DNA of 64,000 nucleotides from Chlorokybus atmophyticus (Eukaryota > Plantae > Mesostigma and Chlorokybus algae), in contig RHPI01002069.1 in assembly GCA_009103225.1 (NCBI GenBank), forward strand, positions 1,284,744 through 1,348,743, in the 5' to 3' direction. A program made the position numbers and the translations under genes. The notes below the pieces were generated by a model that saw only the letters and a program-made list of their open reading frames with translations, did not search any database and was not told the DNA's origin. Positions 41,846 through 53,585 of this stretch are shown one piece after another. Position 1 is the stretch's first letter. Every line of letters starts with the position of its first letter.

Positions 41846-42742
41846 CCCGCAGCATCCAACAAGATAACAGCAATTAAGCATAGCAGTCCACCAGCCGAGA
41901 TAATGCAAACACACACAGCTGGGCCGCAGCACCTGCCGCATGGCGGGGAAGCAGAAGTTTGTGTCGCGCTCCACAGGGTAGGCTGGCGGCACTCTCTCCT
42001 CGCCACCACCAGCATCCTTGAACCCACCCCCAAACGGAGGCGCCCCACGCCCATCTCTTCCGCCGCCCATAAAACAGTGTATAGGCATCCCGCGCCCCCG
42101 CGCGCCCCCTTCATTGCGACCAGAGCTGCTAGGCACACCACCTCTACCGCCCTCGCCGACGCCCGCCATGCCGCCACCGCCTCTACCCACCACCACAGCA
42201 ACAAGCTGCACAACCTGCTGCACACTGGCGCCAAAACCCTCGCCCGCGGGGTCGACATGCGTTGACGTCGATCGAAGGCGACATGTCAGTGTTTTGACGC
42301 CTTATCACCGACGGTGATAACGTCAACACAGCGCTGCCTGCAACGACAAAAGCGGCCTGCGTCGATGCCTGCAGTCGCCAGCACAGGCCATCAGCAGTCA
42401 CGTTTCACGCGCGATGACGTCAGCAGCCTGAGCTTGACATCACCCAGCCGGACGCAATGAACGCCTTAAGGGTTTGTAGCCATGGGTGGTAGCACAAAGT
42501 GCAAGTGAGTGGTTAATCTTAGTAATGGTAATATGGCAGTGTGCCAGGCTCCACAGCAGCACGCCAAGCAAGGGCAGGTAGCAGCAAGTTGCGGCGCCTC
42601 ACCTTTACAAGCAGCGCCACAATGAGCAAGTTGCTTACGTGTGCAATGCATGCCCAACAAGGTGGGGCTGTACCGGTAGTGATTGGTAGGGTAGGCGAGC
42701 CTGGGAGTTGTTTGTGCATCGGCGTTTGGTAGGTGTCCAACG

Positions 42743-42760
42743 TATATATATATATATATA
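42743..42760. repeat. (TA)n microsatellite
   Basis: Direct reading; followed by an n. Confidence 0.95.
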
Positions 42761-43046
42761 NTTGACGATGACACGCAGCGCGTCTTGCATCGTCTCGGAG
42801 AGGAACTTCTTCCGGCCTTTGTGAAGAATAGCCATTATCTTCTTCTCCCAATGCTTTTCCCTTTCCTCCCGCTGAAGTTCAAGCGATACAGCCTACCGGG
42901 TAAAAGCTTTCTTTGTGGCAGCGAGGCCAAGTGTCTGAGCTTGGTGCGCCTCGACAGTCTTGGTGTAGATGGCGGCCATTGTCTCCTGCAAACACTGGTA
43001 ACAAGTTAGGGCTCTGTGTGGAATGTTTGGTGGCCTACATGGCAAC

Positions 43047-43047
<1 letters not shown>

Positions 43048-43104
<57 letters not shown>
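43048..43104. repeat. (TA)n microsatellite, ~28 units
   Basis: Direct reading. Confidence 0.97.
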
Positions 43105-43114
<10 letters not shown>

Positions 43115-44290
43115 ATATAGTCGAGGAGAGTAGTGTGCAACGCATGTGGAACGTGTGCGAAGCACCAATAACATGCCGCAAATATTGCATCACGTACTTG
43201 ATACACCGATGTACCTAACTCGCATACGAGCTGCTTAACAAGCAAGCTCAAGCTGATTGAGCTTGCCCCTTGAAGGAGCCAGTGGTGTAGACAACCACCT
43301 TGCCATTTTTATACACCAGCAACATGCAAAGCAAATGATAGATTAGGCTAGGGCCAAGATAGAGCTTTACACTTAGATTGCTTTAAGGCAACTAGACACT
43401 AAGTTAGACCCTCATGGACGGGAGTAGGCAGCGGGCTTGGCAAGACGCAACAACAACAACCTGCGGAGCGCATGGACATATATACGAGTTGTATATATGC
43501 AGCACAAATACATGATGCGTGCGGTTGAGTCCATTATTTATCACTTGTTGGAATTGCATCTATGCATCATGACACCATGTTAAAGTTGATTGTTGGCTGC
43601 ATGTTAATTGGCCATTGATAGGTGTATGACTTACATGCTATTATAGCGAAATTGGTATCGGCTCATCGCTGGCTGATTCACTACAATAAGCATTAATGTT
43701 GTTACCACTCTCGTATGCATCAATTTAATTATGTGCGTATACTTGTGTGTTGCTCTTGCCAAATGCTTACACGCTTGCTTGCTACTGGTCCATGCATGGA
43801 TCCATGCATGTACCATTATATATGAATATGTTGCAGCAACAACGCATATAGATTTGATGCATTATGTATTGTAGTAAGCGCTTCGTGCTTAAAATTGATA
43901 TGTATATGTAACCACACTTGAATCACGATTTTATAAATCATGTGCATTAAGCATACATGTCATGGGAATCATTTATATACACACTACTTGTGCCAATACT
44001 GGCACGGGGCGCTTAGGCACTATGTGTATGATTGCACATAATATGATGTTCACTTCATTTATTAATATGTACAACAAAAACATTGATCTCTCATTTTTCC
44101 TCATATAATAATAATGGTGATTATGTGTTGCAATTTACGCAACAACCATATATATTGTGATGTCGCAAAATCCTCGGTCAAAGTAGCGGCCAAAAAGTTT
44201 TATTTCGTACTTACTCGGCCATGCAATGCATTCTTAATAAGCTTGATTTCAAAACCACTAGGATGCATAAGTATTGCAGAAAAAGTTTTT

Positions 44291-44339
44291 GTCCAGTTTT
44301 GTAAAGCGGCCAGCCATTCGCCGCTTTACAAAATTGGAC
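44291..44339. repeat. 20-bp inverted repeat (1 mismatch, 9-nt loop) in an AT-rich segment
   Basis: gtccagttttgtaaagcggc / gccgctttacaaaattggac. Confidence 0.9.
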
Positions 44340-44623
44340 TAAAGCCAAAGTTGTTCCGACAAAGATGTCGTGGCATTAACATATTAAAAACACCCATATT
44401 GCCATTAGTGCATGTGTGACTCCATTGGCAAATGCTCTTAGTATAATATTAACACAATAGCACTTATGAGTGTATATATTCATAATATCGTAATTATAAA
44501 GTACAACAAGCATGTTAGAAAAACGTAAAAACTGCAATACCAAAATGACTCGGTGAAGTTTGTGTGACATGTGGGTACAAACCTGGTACCCATGGTCATA
44601 ATGAAAATTGCAGTAAAAGTGTA

Positions 44624-44670
44624 CATACAATAGCATTGTTATTTAATGAAAATAACAATGCTATTGTATG
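44624..44670. repeat. Perfect 21-bp inverted repeat (5-nt loop)
   Basis: catacaatagcattgttattt / aaataacaatgctattgtatg. Confidence 0.92.
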
Positions 44671-45245
44671 CGTGAAACACATAAGATTTGCGTGATTGAT
44701 GTCGCATGTGGGTCATGCAACACTGCTACCTTGCAGCACATGGCCTACGGGTTCGAGATTGTCATGCTCACAGCATGAGCCACATTTGGATGGACGACGT
44801 GCATCTTTTTGCAACGAAGCCGCCAGCTCCCCGCTTTTAGCCGGGAAAGGGTATCGTGGACCAATCCGCAGCGCTCTGCATTTTGCTGCAGCACGGATGA
44901 CGTCGGATTGGCAGCCAGGCAACCAACATTGGTCAGGTCAACTTGGCCCAACCTAACCACATGACTCGATGGAGGGCAATAAGGGCCTCTTTATAGCAGA
45001 ATGTAACAGAATCTACTGGTGTGCAGCCTGTCATAGTTAATTGAGGTGCATCAACTGTTGATGCATCTCACTTGTTGATCAACTGTTCCCTAGGTGTAGG
45101 GTAGGTGTTCCTCTATGTTCCTAGTCCAGGGATATTTGCAATAGGAATGCCGCGCTACATTTTGCGGAGGAGGAAGCAGGAACGGCGGTCAGGCTAACCG
45201 ACGGTCTTGACCGGTATGCTGACCGTGCCACGCGCGCAATCCAGC

Positions 45246-45253
45246 TAGGGTTT
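45246..45253 (+). promoter_or_regulatory. Telo-box upstream of the bHLH gene (second near-copy ttagggtt at ~45329)
   Basis: tagggttt ~120 bp before ATG 45371. Confidence 0.45.
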
Positions 45254-45370
45254 GAGTCCAGGCGGCAAGCAGGGTGGCGACCGGGCTGGCGTCGTCGACG
45301 GGGTGAGCCGCGGGTTTGGCTGGAGGGATTAGGGTTGTAGGGGGGGGCGGGGCCGTCGGTCAGCTTGGGC

Positions 45371-46579
45371 ATGGCGTCCCCGCCGGCGGCCAAGCAGTGG
45401 CTGAGTTTTCTCAACGACAACGCTCTGCTGGACGTGGAGGAGGCGCCCGCCACCAACCCCTTTTTCTGGTGTAGCGGCGGAGGGGCCGCTGGTGCTGGTA
45501 GTGCGGGGGTTGTCAGCGCTGGGAAGAGGCGGAGAGAGGACGAGAAGAGCGAGGAGCTATGTGGGGTAGCTGCAGGGGTGTCCGCGCACGGCCTCAAGAG
45601 CAAAGCTTGCCGTGAGAAGGAGCGGCGTGGCCGGCTGAACGAGCGCTTTGAGGAGCTTGCGGTTGCGGTAGATCCCGGCCGCCCGCCCAAGACAGACCGT
45701 GCGGCCGTGCTCGCTGACGCCGTCCGGGTCGTTGAGGCCCTTAGGGAGGATGTTAGGCAGTTGCGGGAGGCCAATGTGCGACTTATGGACGCCAATCGCG
45801 ACCTCAAGGTGTGTCCACCTTGTCATACAGAATATTAAACACATACGTCGTCTACCATTTTGCCGCTGGTTTTCTTGGCCGCGGGTCAACAGCGTTGGTC
45901 TTTCTGTGGAGGTTGTTGTGCTTTGTTCTGTAGCCGTCTTTGTTCGTCGCTGCATTTATGTACGGCTTTTTTGGCCATGGGACAACAGCACATGTCGCTT
46001 GATAAAGGCTGTCTGGCTTCGTCCTGTCCCCGTTGTTACGTTGTCCATCGTTGCCATAGCTTTATGTAGCGGTAGTTGGGTTCAATCGCAGTTATATCGG
46101 CGTGGTGCTGAATGGCCACTTGCTGGCCAATCAGCAACTTGGTCAGTGCGCTGGTGCAAAGGCAAATGCACTTTGCTAATTGCATCCAGTCGAAATTTCT
46201 TGGCTGCTGCGCCTGTTTGTAAGCAGCTGCTGGACGAGAAATGTCTGTGCTCTCTGTTTGGGCATTTGCGTGTCCGTGTGCGCATTGGATGCAACAGTAG
46301 TAAAGTCAAGTCCGTTTTCAGGCTGAGAAGAATGAGCTGCGAGACGAAAAGGCAGCACTCAAGGCCGAGAAGGTTCGACTGGACCATCAATTAAAGCAAT
46401 GGTCGGCTATGGCACCGCCCGGTGCTGCAGCCGCAGCGGCGGCAGCGGCAGCCCCTCCTGGTGTTCCAACACACAAAACGCAACCGATGATCATGCCGAT
46501 GCCCATGGCGTGGCACTGGTTACCACCGCAGATACTGGATACATCACAAGATCATGTACTGCGCCCTCCCGTTGCTTAA
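45371..46579 (+). CDS. bHLH-ZIP transcription factor of plant subgroup IVc (ILR3/bHLH105-like); exons 45371-45808 and 46322-46579
   Basis: KACREKERRGRLNERFEEL...DPGRPPKTDRAAVLADAVRVV, zipper AEKNELRDEKAALKAEK, C-terminus WLPPQILDTSQDHVLRPPVA*. Confidence 0.93.
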
Positions 46580-47836
46580 GCATGCCTACGTTGAGCACAG
46601 ATGCCCATCTTGAGCAGCGACTGGCAACCCCGCCAGTCCTGCTGAGCCCTGCACATCAGCTTCGCATTGAACGTTGGGTCGCCACGTATCGCTATCCGTG
46701 TAAGCGTTGTATGTAATTATGTTCCAGGAGCACGAGGTTGCGTGGCCATAGCATGGCTCTGTTAGAGCAGTTTGCTGGTTTTGTTGTCTCGCGCACCAAT
46801 GAATGCTCTACACAATGTTCAGTTTCTGTACTGGATTGTGTTTTTCTGCTCTGTGCTGTGCTCGTGCTACCTCCGGTTGAGTGGGTGAGAGGGTGCGCCT
46901 GGCAGCAGCAAGTGTCTGTCTTATGTTTTTGTCATCAAATGCTGAATCTGAACTGATGGGAATGTCTGAAGAGTGGTGAAGCCGCTTGCATGGCCTGGCG
47001 CACAGTAATAGTGCGTACATTGCGTGTTGATGTACACTTCAAGGCTGTGTGTGCATGGTGTGAAACTCCTCACCACTTGTGCACTTGCAATTGTCTCAAC
47101 TGAATGCTTCCATTTCAACCGGTTCAAGCACAACTTACACAAGAAATGCAAACAATTTTTGCGTCCATGTTTGAAGCAGGCACTAGCTATTTCGCATGCA
47201 TCTGACATGTGCTATGGTCTAGCGCCCAGCACAACATGACACAATGTAATTACACCCCCGCTGCCACTGCATCATCATTGCACACATGCGTTGCATACAT
47301 GCATACACAAAGCTAGGCTAGCTGTGAAATAGGAAAGGCTATACCCCCTGGTGTGATAGGTTTGATGGTTATGCGTGTGTTTTGCTTGACAGTAGATAGG
47401 GTGCATGTTTTTACCATACCTCATGTTATCAAGCAAAGAGATGCAACAAAGATGCCAAGCATGACACACAGCAGCAGCAATTAGATTAAGCAAATGTTCG
47501 GGGGGGGCCCAGAGCAGCGCTAGATACACCGCAAGCTAGACTTGAATAACAGGCAGGGGCGAGGTAGCACGCAGCAGCAGCGTTATGTTTGCTGACGTCA
47601 TATATATATAATTGAGTGACCTATAAGTGACAATCGCATTTCACTTGTTTTACATCAGCACGTCTGCGTTACATTCCAGCGCGCGCAAGCACCCGCCATG
47701 ATAGCACTGACCGCGGCAACAGTTCACGCAGGGTCCTCGGGCACTTATACGATGTGCAGCATGTTGCTGTGTAAGAATGCAGCGTACAAGTAATTGGTAT
47801 GCGTTACCCACCCAAACCAAGTACAGTGTAGTGCTA

Positions 47837-48302
47837 CAGTCTACCCCCGTTAAAAAACTTCGCTTTAAGGGAATAACCCCGTTAAGATTATCGTTTTGCG
47901 AAAGACCGATTGTTTTACAGGCAATATCTTCGGTTAGTGGAATAGTCTTGTACGGAATAAGACTAAAGAGAAGGCTTGAAATTATAAGTGGGTCAGTCTT
48001 ATAATGGGGGAATACCTTGTTAACAGAATAACTATTTTGCTGATATTAGGATTAAACAACACCTTCAATAATACATGCCATGTATGATATTATATAATAT
48101 ATACAGGAAGTATAAATTTCATTTTTGCCACGTCAGCATATGATGACGTGGCTTAAGATTATCAGTCAATACCCCCATTAACAGAATATATATTCTTTAA
48201 ACGGTAAAAGAATATATATTCTTATCAACGCCAAGAGAATAACCCCGTTAGTGGAATGAAAAGCTGAAGGATAAACGTGATTCTTGTAACGGGGGTAGAC
48301 TG
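47837..48302. mobile_element. Tc1/mariner-pogo-type MITE (466 bp) with TA TSD
   Basis: TA|CAGTCTACCCCCGTTA ... TAACGGGGGTAGACTG|TA; AT-rich non-coding interior; homologous to the ends at 54036 and 62353. Confidence 0.9.
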
Positions 48303-48582
48303 TACTGGTACCGATCGCAGTGTGCACATGCCCGGAATCCAAATTCCACCCAACGCCCTCGCAAATGGGATTTTGGAATCGGGCTATGGCGGATTCTGAG
48401 GCTTTGGGCGGCCGGTTCGAAATTCAGGCTGTTGGGTCAGAAACGGCACTGTTGAAGGCGGCGGCGGCGGCCCCCGGCCGCGTTAGCTCGTAGTCGATCA
48501 TTTAATAGAGGTGAACAGATACAATGTACAGTTTTTCCTGCCAACCTTTGCCTGCCCCTCCCTCTCCCCCCGCCTCTGCTTC

Positions 48583-48815
48583 NNNNNNNNNNNNNNNNNN
48601 NNNNNNNNNNNNNNNNNNNNNNNNNNNNNNNNNNNNNNNNNNNNNNNNNNNNNNNNNNNNNNNNNNNNNNNNNNNNNNNNNNNNNNNNNNNNNNNNNNNN
48701 NNNNNNNNNNNNNNNNNNNNNNNNNNNNNNNNNNNNNNNNNNNNNNNNNNNNNNNNNNNNNNNNNNNNNNNNNNNNNNNNNNNNNNNNNNNNNNNNNNNN
48801 NNNNNNNNNNNNNNN
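48583..48815. other. Assembly gap (N run)
   Basis: Run of n. Confidence 1.
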
Positions 48816-50390
48816 GCCCGCGCCTTCTCTCACGCTACCTCTGATATTCTTTCATATTTTTCCACTCTGCTATCTATTGCCTTCCTGTCCCCCGCCTCTT
48901 CTCTCTCTCTCTCTCTCTCGCTCTGCGCCGTCTCTCTGCAATCCCCTGCCTGTGTATCTAGGAGACAAGCATGCAAAGTTTTTCATGCACACATGCATAA
49001 GCTTAATGCGCTCTGCGTTTGTGTGCATGCGTACGCATGCGTGCGTATGTGCATCCTACCATTACATATGCACTTGCACGCAGATGCTAGCACGCACATG
49101 CTGGCACGCAAGCACGGCCCAGCTGCTGATGTTACTGCCGACGTCGTTGCCGCCAACAACTCTTTCTGAGAGAACTGCAGGGCTCCCGTGCACAATGTTC
49201 TCGTGGATCTGTGCGGGCCCCTTGACGTTAGCTCCGCAGCCATGGAGCAGTACCTCAGCTATGAGCAACTTGTGAACCACCGTTGTTCAGGCAAGTGGAG
49301 TGTGTCTGCAAGCATGCAGGTACGCGCGCATGCGCGCGTGCACACGCTTGCTGCGTGTACATGTGTCCGTGGTGCGTGCGTTTGTGCGCCTGTGTGAGCG
49401 CTCGCACACTCACATAGGCATCAGCAAACATGTACAGGCTGGCTTTGCTGCACGCACACACGCACGCACGCACATGGCAAAACATACACACTTGCACGCA
49501 GATGCTGCCGTGCAAGCATGCATGTGTGTGCATGCGTGCGTGCATGAGTGCGTCATCCATATACAGCATCATATACAACATGCGCACTGGCACGCAGATG
49601 CTGGCACGCAAGCACGAACCAGCTGCTAATGTTGTTGCTGTTGTTATCGTTGTCGTTGTCGTTGTCGCCAACAACTTTGCATTAGCCCATGGCACAACAA
49701 GCTGACGATTGCGCTGTTCTACACAGGAGACAAGAGGCAGAACCACAGCCAGAACTTGAGTGCTCTCTTCTCTCGGTTGAGTTTGTCACTAGAGACTAGT
49801 CACAAGAGGAATCAACGAAACATGCAGTTCAGCCTCCATCCAACAAGTAGGCAGCTTGTGGTTAAGGTAGCACAACTATGCACACAGGCCTGGCTGGCAC
49901 AATCTGTGAGACACAACAGCGCCGCCGGCAACCATTGCATGCTATGCTGCTTGCTGTGCTGGTGTCCGGGATTGCACCCTTTTCGCTGTTTGCGCTTTCT
50001 GTAGGACAGCATCAGCCTGCTCGGTGCCGTGCTTGGTGCCACGGTGAGCAAACTCATTGGCGACATACGAGCGCTTGCCGTAATGAGCCATAATGGGCTG
50101 CCAACGTAGTCTAGGCTCATCATGCAGATCGGCCACAACCCCTTGCAGCGACTTGAGTAACCTTTGAGCCAGCTGCAGCTTGTCCGCCAATGAACAACCT
50201 GAGGTCACGTTGGTAAAGCAACCCGAGATATGAACACCAATGTTGTTCACAACCCAGCAAACATGTCGCAAGATGGTGATGTCCTCGGGCTGCAAAGTAG
50301 GCTGAAATGTCACGCCTTCTGCACCAGATGGGGACCACCTTTTAAGACAAGGCTCGGTGGCATCAGCACGAGGTGGGGAAATGACGGCAC

Positions 50391-52560
50391 TTAAAACCTC
50401 AAAAAGTAACGGATGTCCGTGAACGGTCGGATACTCCAGCGTTGGTACCCTCCAGTCATCAAGGCTGCAGCGCGTATATGCTTACAAATCAGCAACGGAC
50501 CTTCTCGCCCGATATTCTCCAGCCAAAAGGCAGCGCAAGTACATGTGTGCAGCGTCGAATTGAGCTCGTAGCCGGTCAGATGACGCCTAGAAGTGAGGAA
50601 GAACAAGCCGAACACGAGATCCTCCACGTGAAGCCGATTCTCGTCGCCGCAGAGTTCAGCCACCAGCTCCTCAGCCGCAATGTGTTTCCAGCGTGACTAG
50701 ATCACAAAACGTCCCTTGTACCCGTGGCACCCCGTTTCGCGATCGCATCGGCGCTCGGCAAGTATGCACATGCCATCGTGTATGGTAATCAATGCCTCAT
50801 CCAAACGCTTTGGCATGCGTCCATTGAAGAATTTGGATGAATGCTTCAATTGCCGACAATGGCTGTCGCTATAGTTATCGCAACGCACGCGACACACCTG
50901 GCGATGTGACTCTGGCGGCACATACGCATCCACCCACATGTCCTTACAAGAGTCCCAAAAACTCTATAAAGCACGCACGCAGCTCGGCAAACTGCGTTGC
51001 TCCATACGTGACAAGGAACTGCTCTTTCAACGTGTGGTATTGATCTACCGATGTTGTAAGCCGCATCCGATCGAATGTGGTTCGGATGGTGCACCGCACC
51101 TCATCGTCATCTGCGCTATATGCGCGCTTGGATGCTGTATGTCGGCGAGATATGTCTGCACAGCAACAGTACAACTCAATGTTCCTAGCATGACCATAAG
51201 AGGTATTGGTTTGATTGTTGCGTACATTCAACATGGCGTACCAGTTGCTTGAATGCGGTGTGCTATCAACCATTCATTGATAGCCTTCTTTTGATGCCAC
51301 CAACATAACCTCTACACTGCGACCGTATCAAAGAGTTGCCTTGCGTACAACTCGCGTAGGGCTTAATGGTGGCAGCATCCTGCAACAGTACAGCCACACA
51401 CACGGTAAATATGTGCGCACATGCATGGATATAAACACATAGACACGCACACGCACATGGCGCAAGTTGGTGCAGCTATGCACGCAGACATGCATGCACG
51501 CACACGCATGCAGCTGATGCAGGCATGTAGCTACGCACACGCACGCATGCATGCTCGCACGAAGCTGGTGCGGACGGACGCGAACATGCACACGCACATG
51601 TGCATGCATATGATCTGGCGAATACATGCGCACATACAAGTGTGCGTGACGCATGACCTGCAAGTACATGACAACATGCACCTTGTCCATCATCCAGCCC
51701 TTAGGGTCCAGTTCTGGGTTTGCCCTCTTCAATTATAGCAATGCTTTCCCCAATAACGCCGCTCTCCTATTTGATGTGAAAATGTGTGCGATTGGGAAGC
51801 CGGTATCATCTTCCTAACGGAGGGACTCACGTATCAATGTACTTGTTGCATGCAAGTGCACACACACAACCATACACCACGCTCACTTACTTGATAGCAA
51901 GAACGGCATACAGAGCGAAGCCGTATTGGCTGGTACCAAATGTTGCGTCAATACTCAATACATGGGTCCCAAATGCAGCTGCCATTCTGTGTTGTGCCTC
52001 GCTTTGACAAACCAGTATTCATGAAGTCTTTGTTGCGAATGGTTTGCGGCTGGTAGTACTTGACGCATGTGGGGTGCTGATTCACCCATTCAAACACCGA
52101 GCGAGCATCATCTGCGTGCAGCCTTTTGCACTTGTTCAAGCAGTTATAAATCCATTGCACCTGCCACAGCAAACCATGTAGGTTAGGCCATGCAAAACGA
52201 TGTAAGCTACTACATTGACAACATCAGCACCACTAACATAACAAGTAGGTAACGAATCTACCTGCTATTCTTTTGCAAACCATCATGCATTGCTGCGGTC
52301 TTTGAAACCAAGCCCCTCAGCATATGTGCGCGCATCACGGTACGACTGAGACCACATGCTTTTGCCTTTCTTGGCCCATCTCGTGATCAGCAAGACCAGC
52401 TGCGGATGCAACCTTGAACGGTGCTACTGACTGTCGTGATTGTGCTGCGCGCAATACTCCACCACTGCCTGACCATCAGCCTCACCCGGTTTCACAAGAA
52501 ACAACACCGGACACCCAGTAACATGACAAGTATAACATTCGTATCGGAGCCATCGCTGCA
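50391..52560 (-). pseudogene. Degenerate MULE transposase (WRKY/GCM1-type Zn finger, DDE core, SWIM finger)
   Basis: GCPVLFLV...VVEYCAQHNH (~52430-52530), RLHADDARSVFEWV, IDATFGTSQYGFALYAV (~51910-51955), GFPIAHIFTSN...PKGWMMDK, DNYSDSHCRQLKH...RLD, CTC...CKHI (~50480-50550); internal stops and frameshifts. Confidence 0.85.
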
Positions 52561-53345
52561 ATCCTTGCCACTGCCGCGATCAGTTTGCAACCTGAAGCCA
52601 TCCATGTCCTGCATTGACGCTAATAAAGTTGGCACTTCGCTAACTGGCATTTGCATTTGAGGACGACACGATGGATAGGCACTGCCCATGCCATCTTCGC
52701 CCCAATGCACAGCCTTGCCGCTGCTTCAGACACTTGTGTGACTAACGGCAGGCAGCACACTTGATGATGGATGACATGTCACAGCTTGCAAGCCTGTGCT
52801 TGGCACACAGCCATCCAGGGTTTTGCTGGCTCTCTGTAGCTGGTGGAGCAAACCTTGTCTTTATAATGATTGCAAATCTGCGTGCATATGCACATACACG
52901 TTGACTTTGAGAAGTAATACTACTGAAGTCTTCACTACTAGTATCAAAACAAGACTTGTCACTATACACTCACTTGCAAATGGCTGGTCAACATGCTCAT
53001 CCTCATGTTGCGACATTGTCGCCGTCATTGCAGCTGCACATGAAACCACTGTTAGTGTTAATGCCATCGTGCTGTGCATGCCAGGAGTGACAGTAAGGTT
53101 GATCTCAAACACACAGATACACAAACATGCACACAGGCGCACAGGCATAGATAGATACACACGCACCGTTGCGCGCAAGTATGCACACACTCTCATGTAT
53201 GTGCGAGTGCGTGCGCAGGCAAGCGCACGCGCATAGGCACACAGACATTCAGACAAAGGCATTTCCTACAGCACATCACTCTGCACAACACAGCACTGAC
53301 ATAAACACACATCCCCCGAGCGCATGCACACCCACTAACAACAAC

Positions 53346-53349
<4 letters not shown>

Positions 53350-53433
<84 letters not shown>

Positions 53434-53585
53434 NNNNNNNNNNNNNNNNNNNNNNNNNNNNNNNNNNNNNNNNNNNNNNNNNNNNNNNNNNNNNNNNNNN
53501 NNNNNNNNNNNNNNNNNNNNNNNNNNNNNNNNNNNNNNNNNNNNNNNNNNNNNNNNNNNNNNNNNNNNNNNNNNNNNNNNNNNNN
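53350..53585. repeat. (GA)n microsatellite (53350-53433) running into an assembly gap (53434-53585)
   Basis: Direct reading. Confidence 0.95.

Larger units (their letters stand above)
34009..42466 (+). mobile_element. Academ-superfamily DNA transposon, AcademX type (~8.5 kb); boundaries tentative
   Basis: Encodes a transposase + XPG-like + Cys-cluster protein. Imperfect ~40-bp inverted ends (aggcgttttcactgcgtcccg at 34016; ccggacgcaatgaacgcct at 42448-42466) and candidate 4-bp TSD TAAG (34005-34008 / 42467-42470). Confidence 0.72.

Noticed and set aside
49000-49700. His/Cys/Met-rich ORFs (also in many introns)
   Set aside because: Translation of gcatgc/cacaca low-complexity sequence typical of non-coding DNA here.
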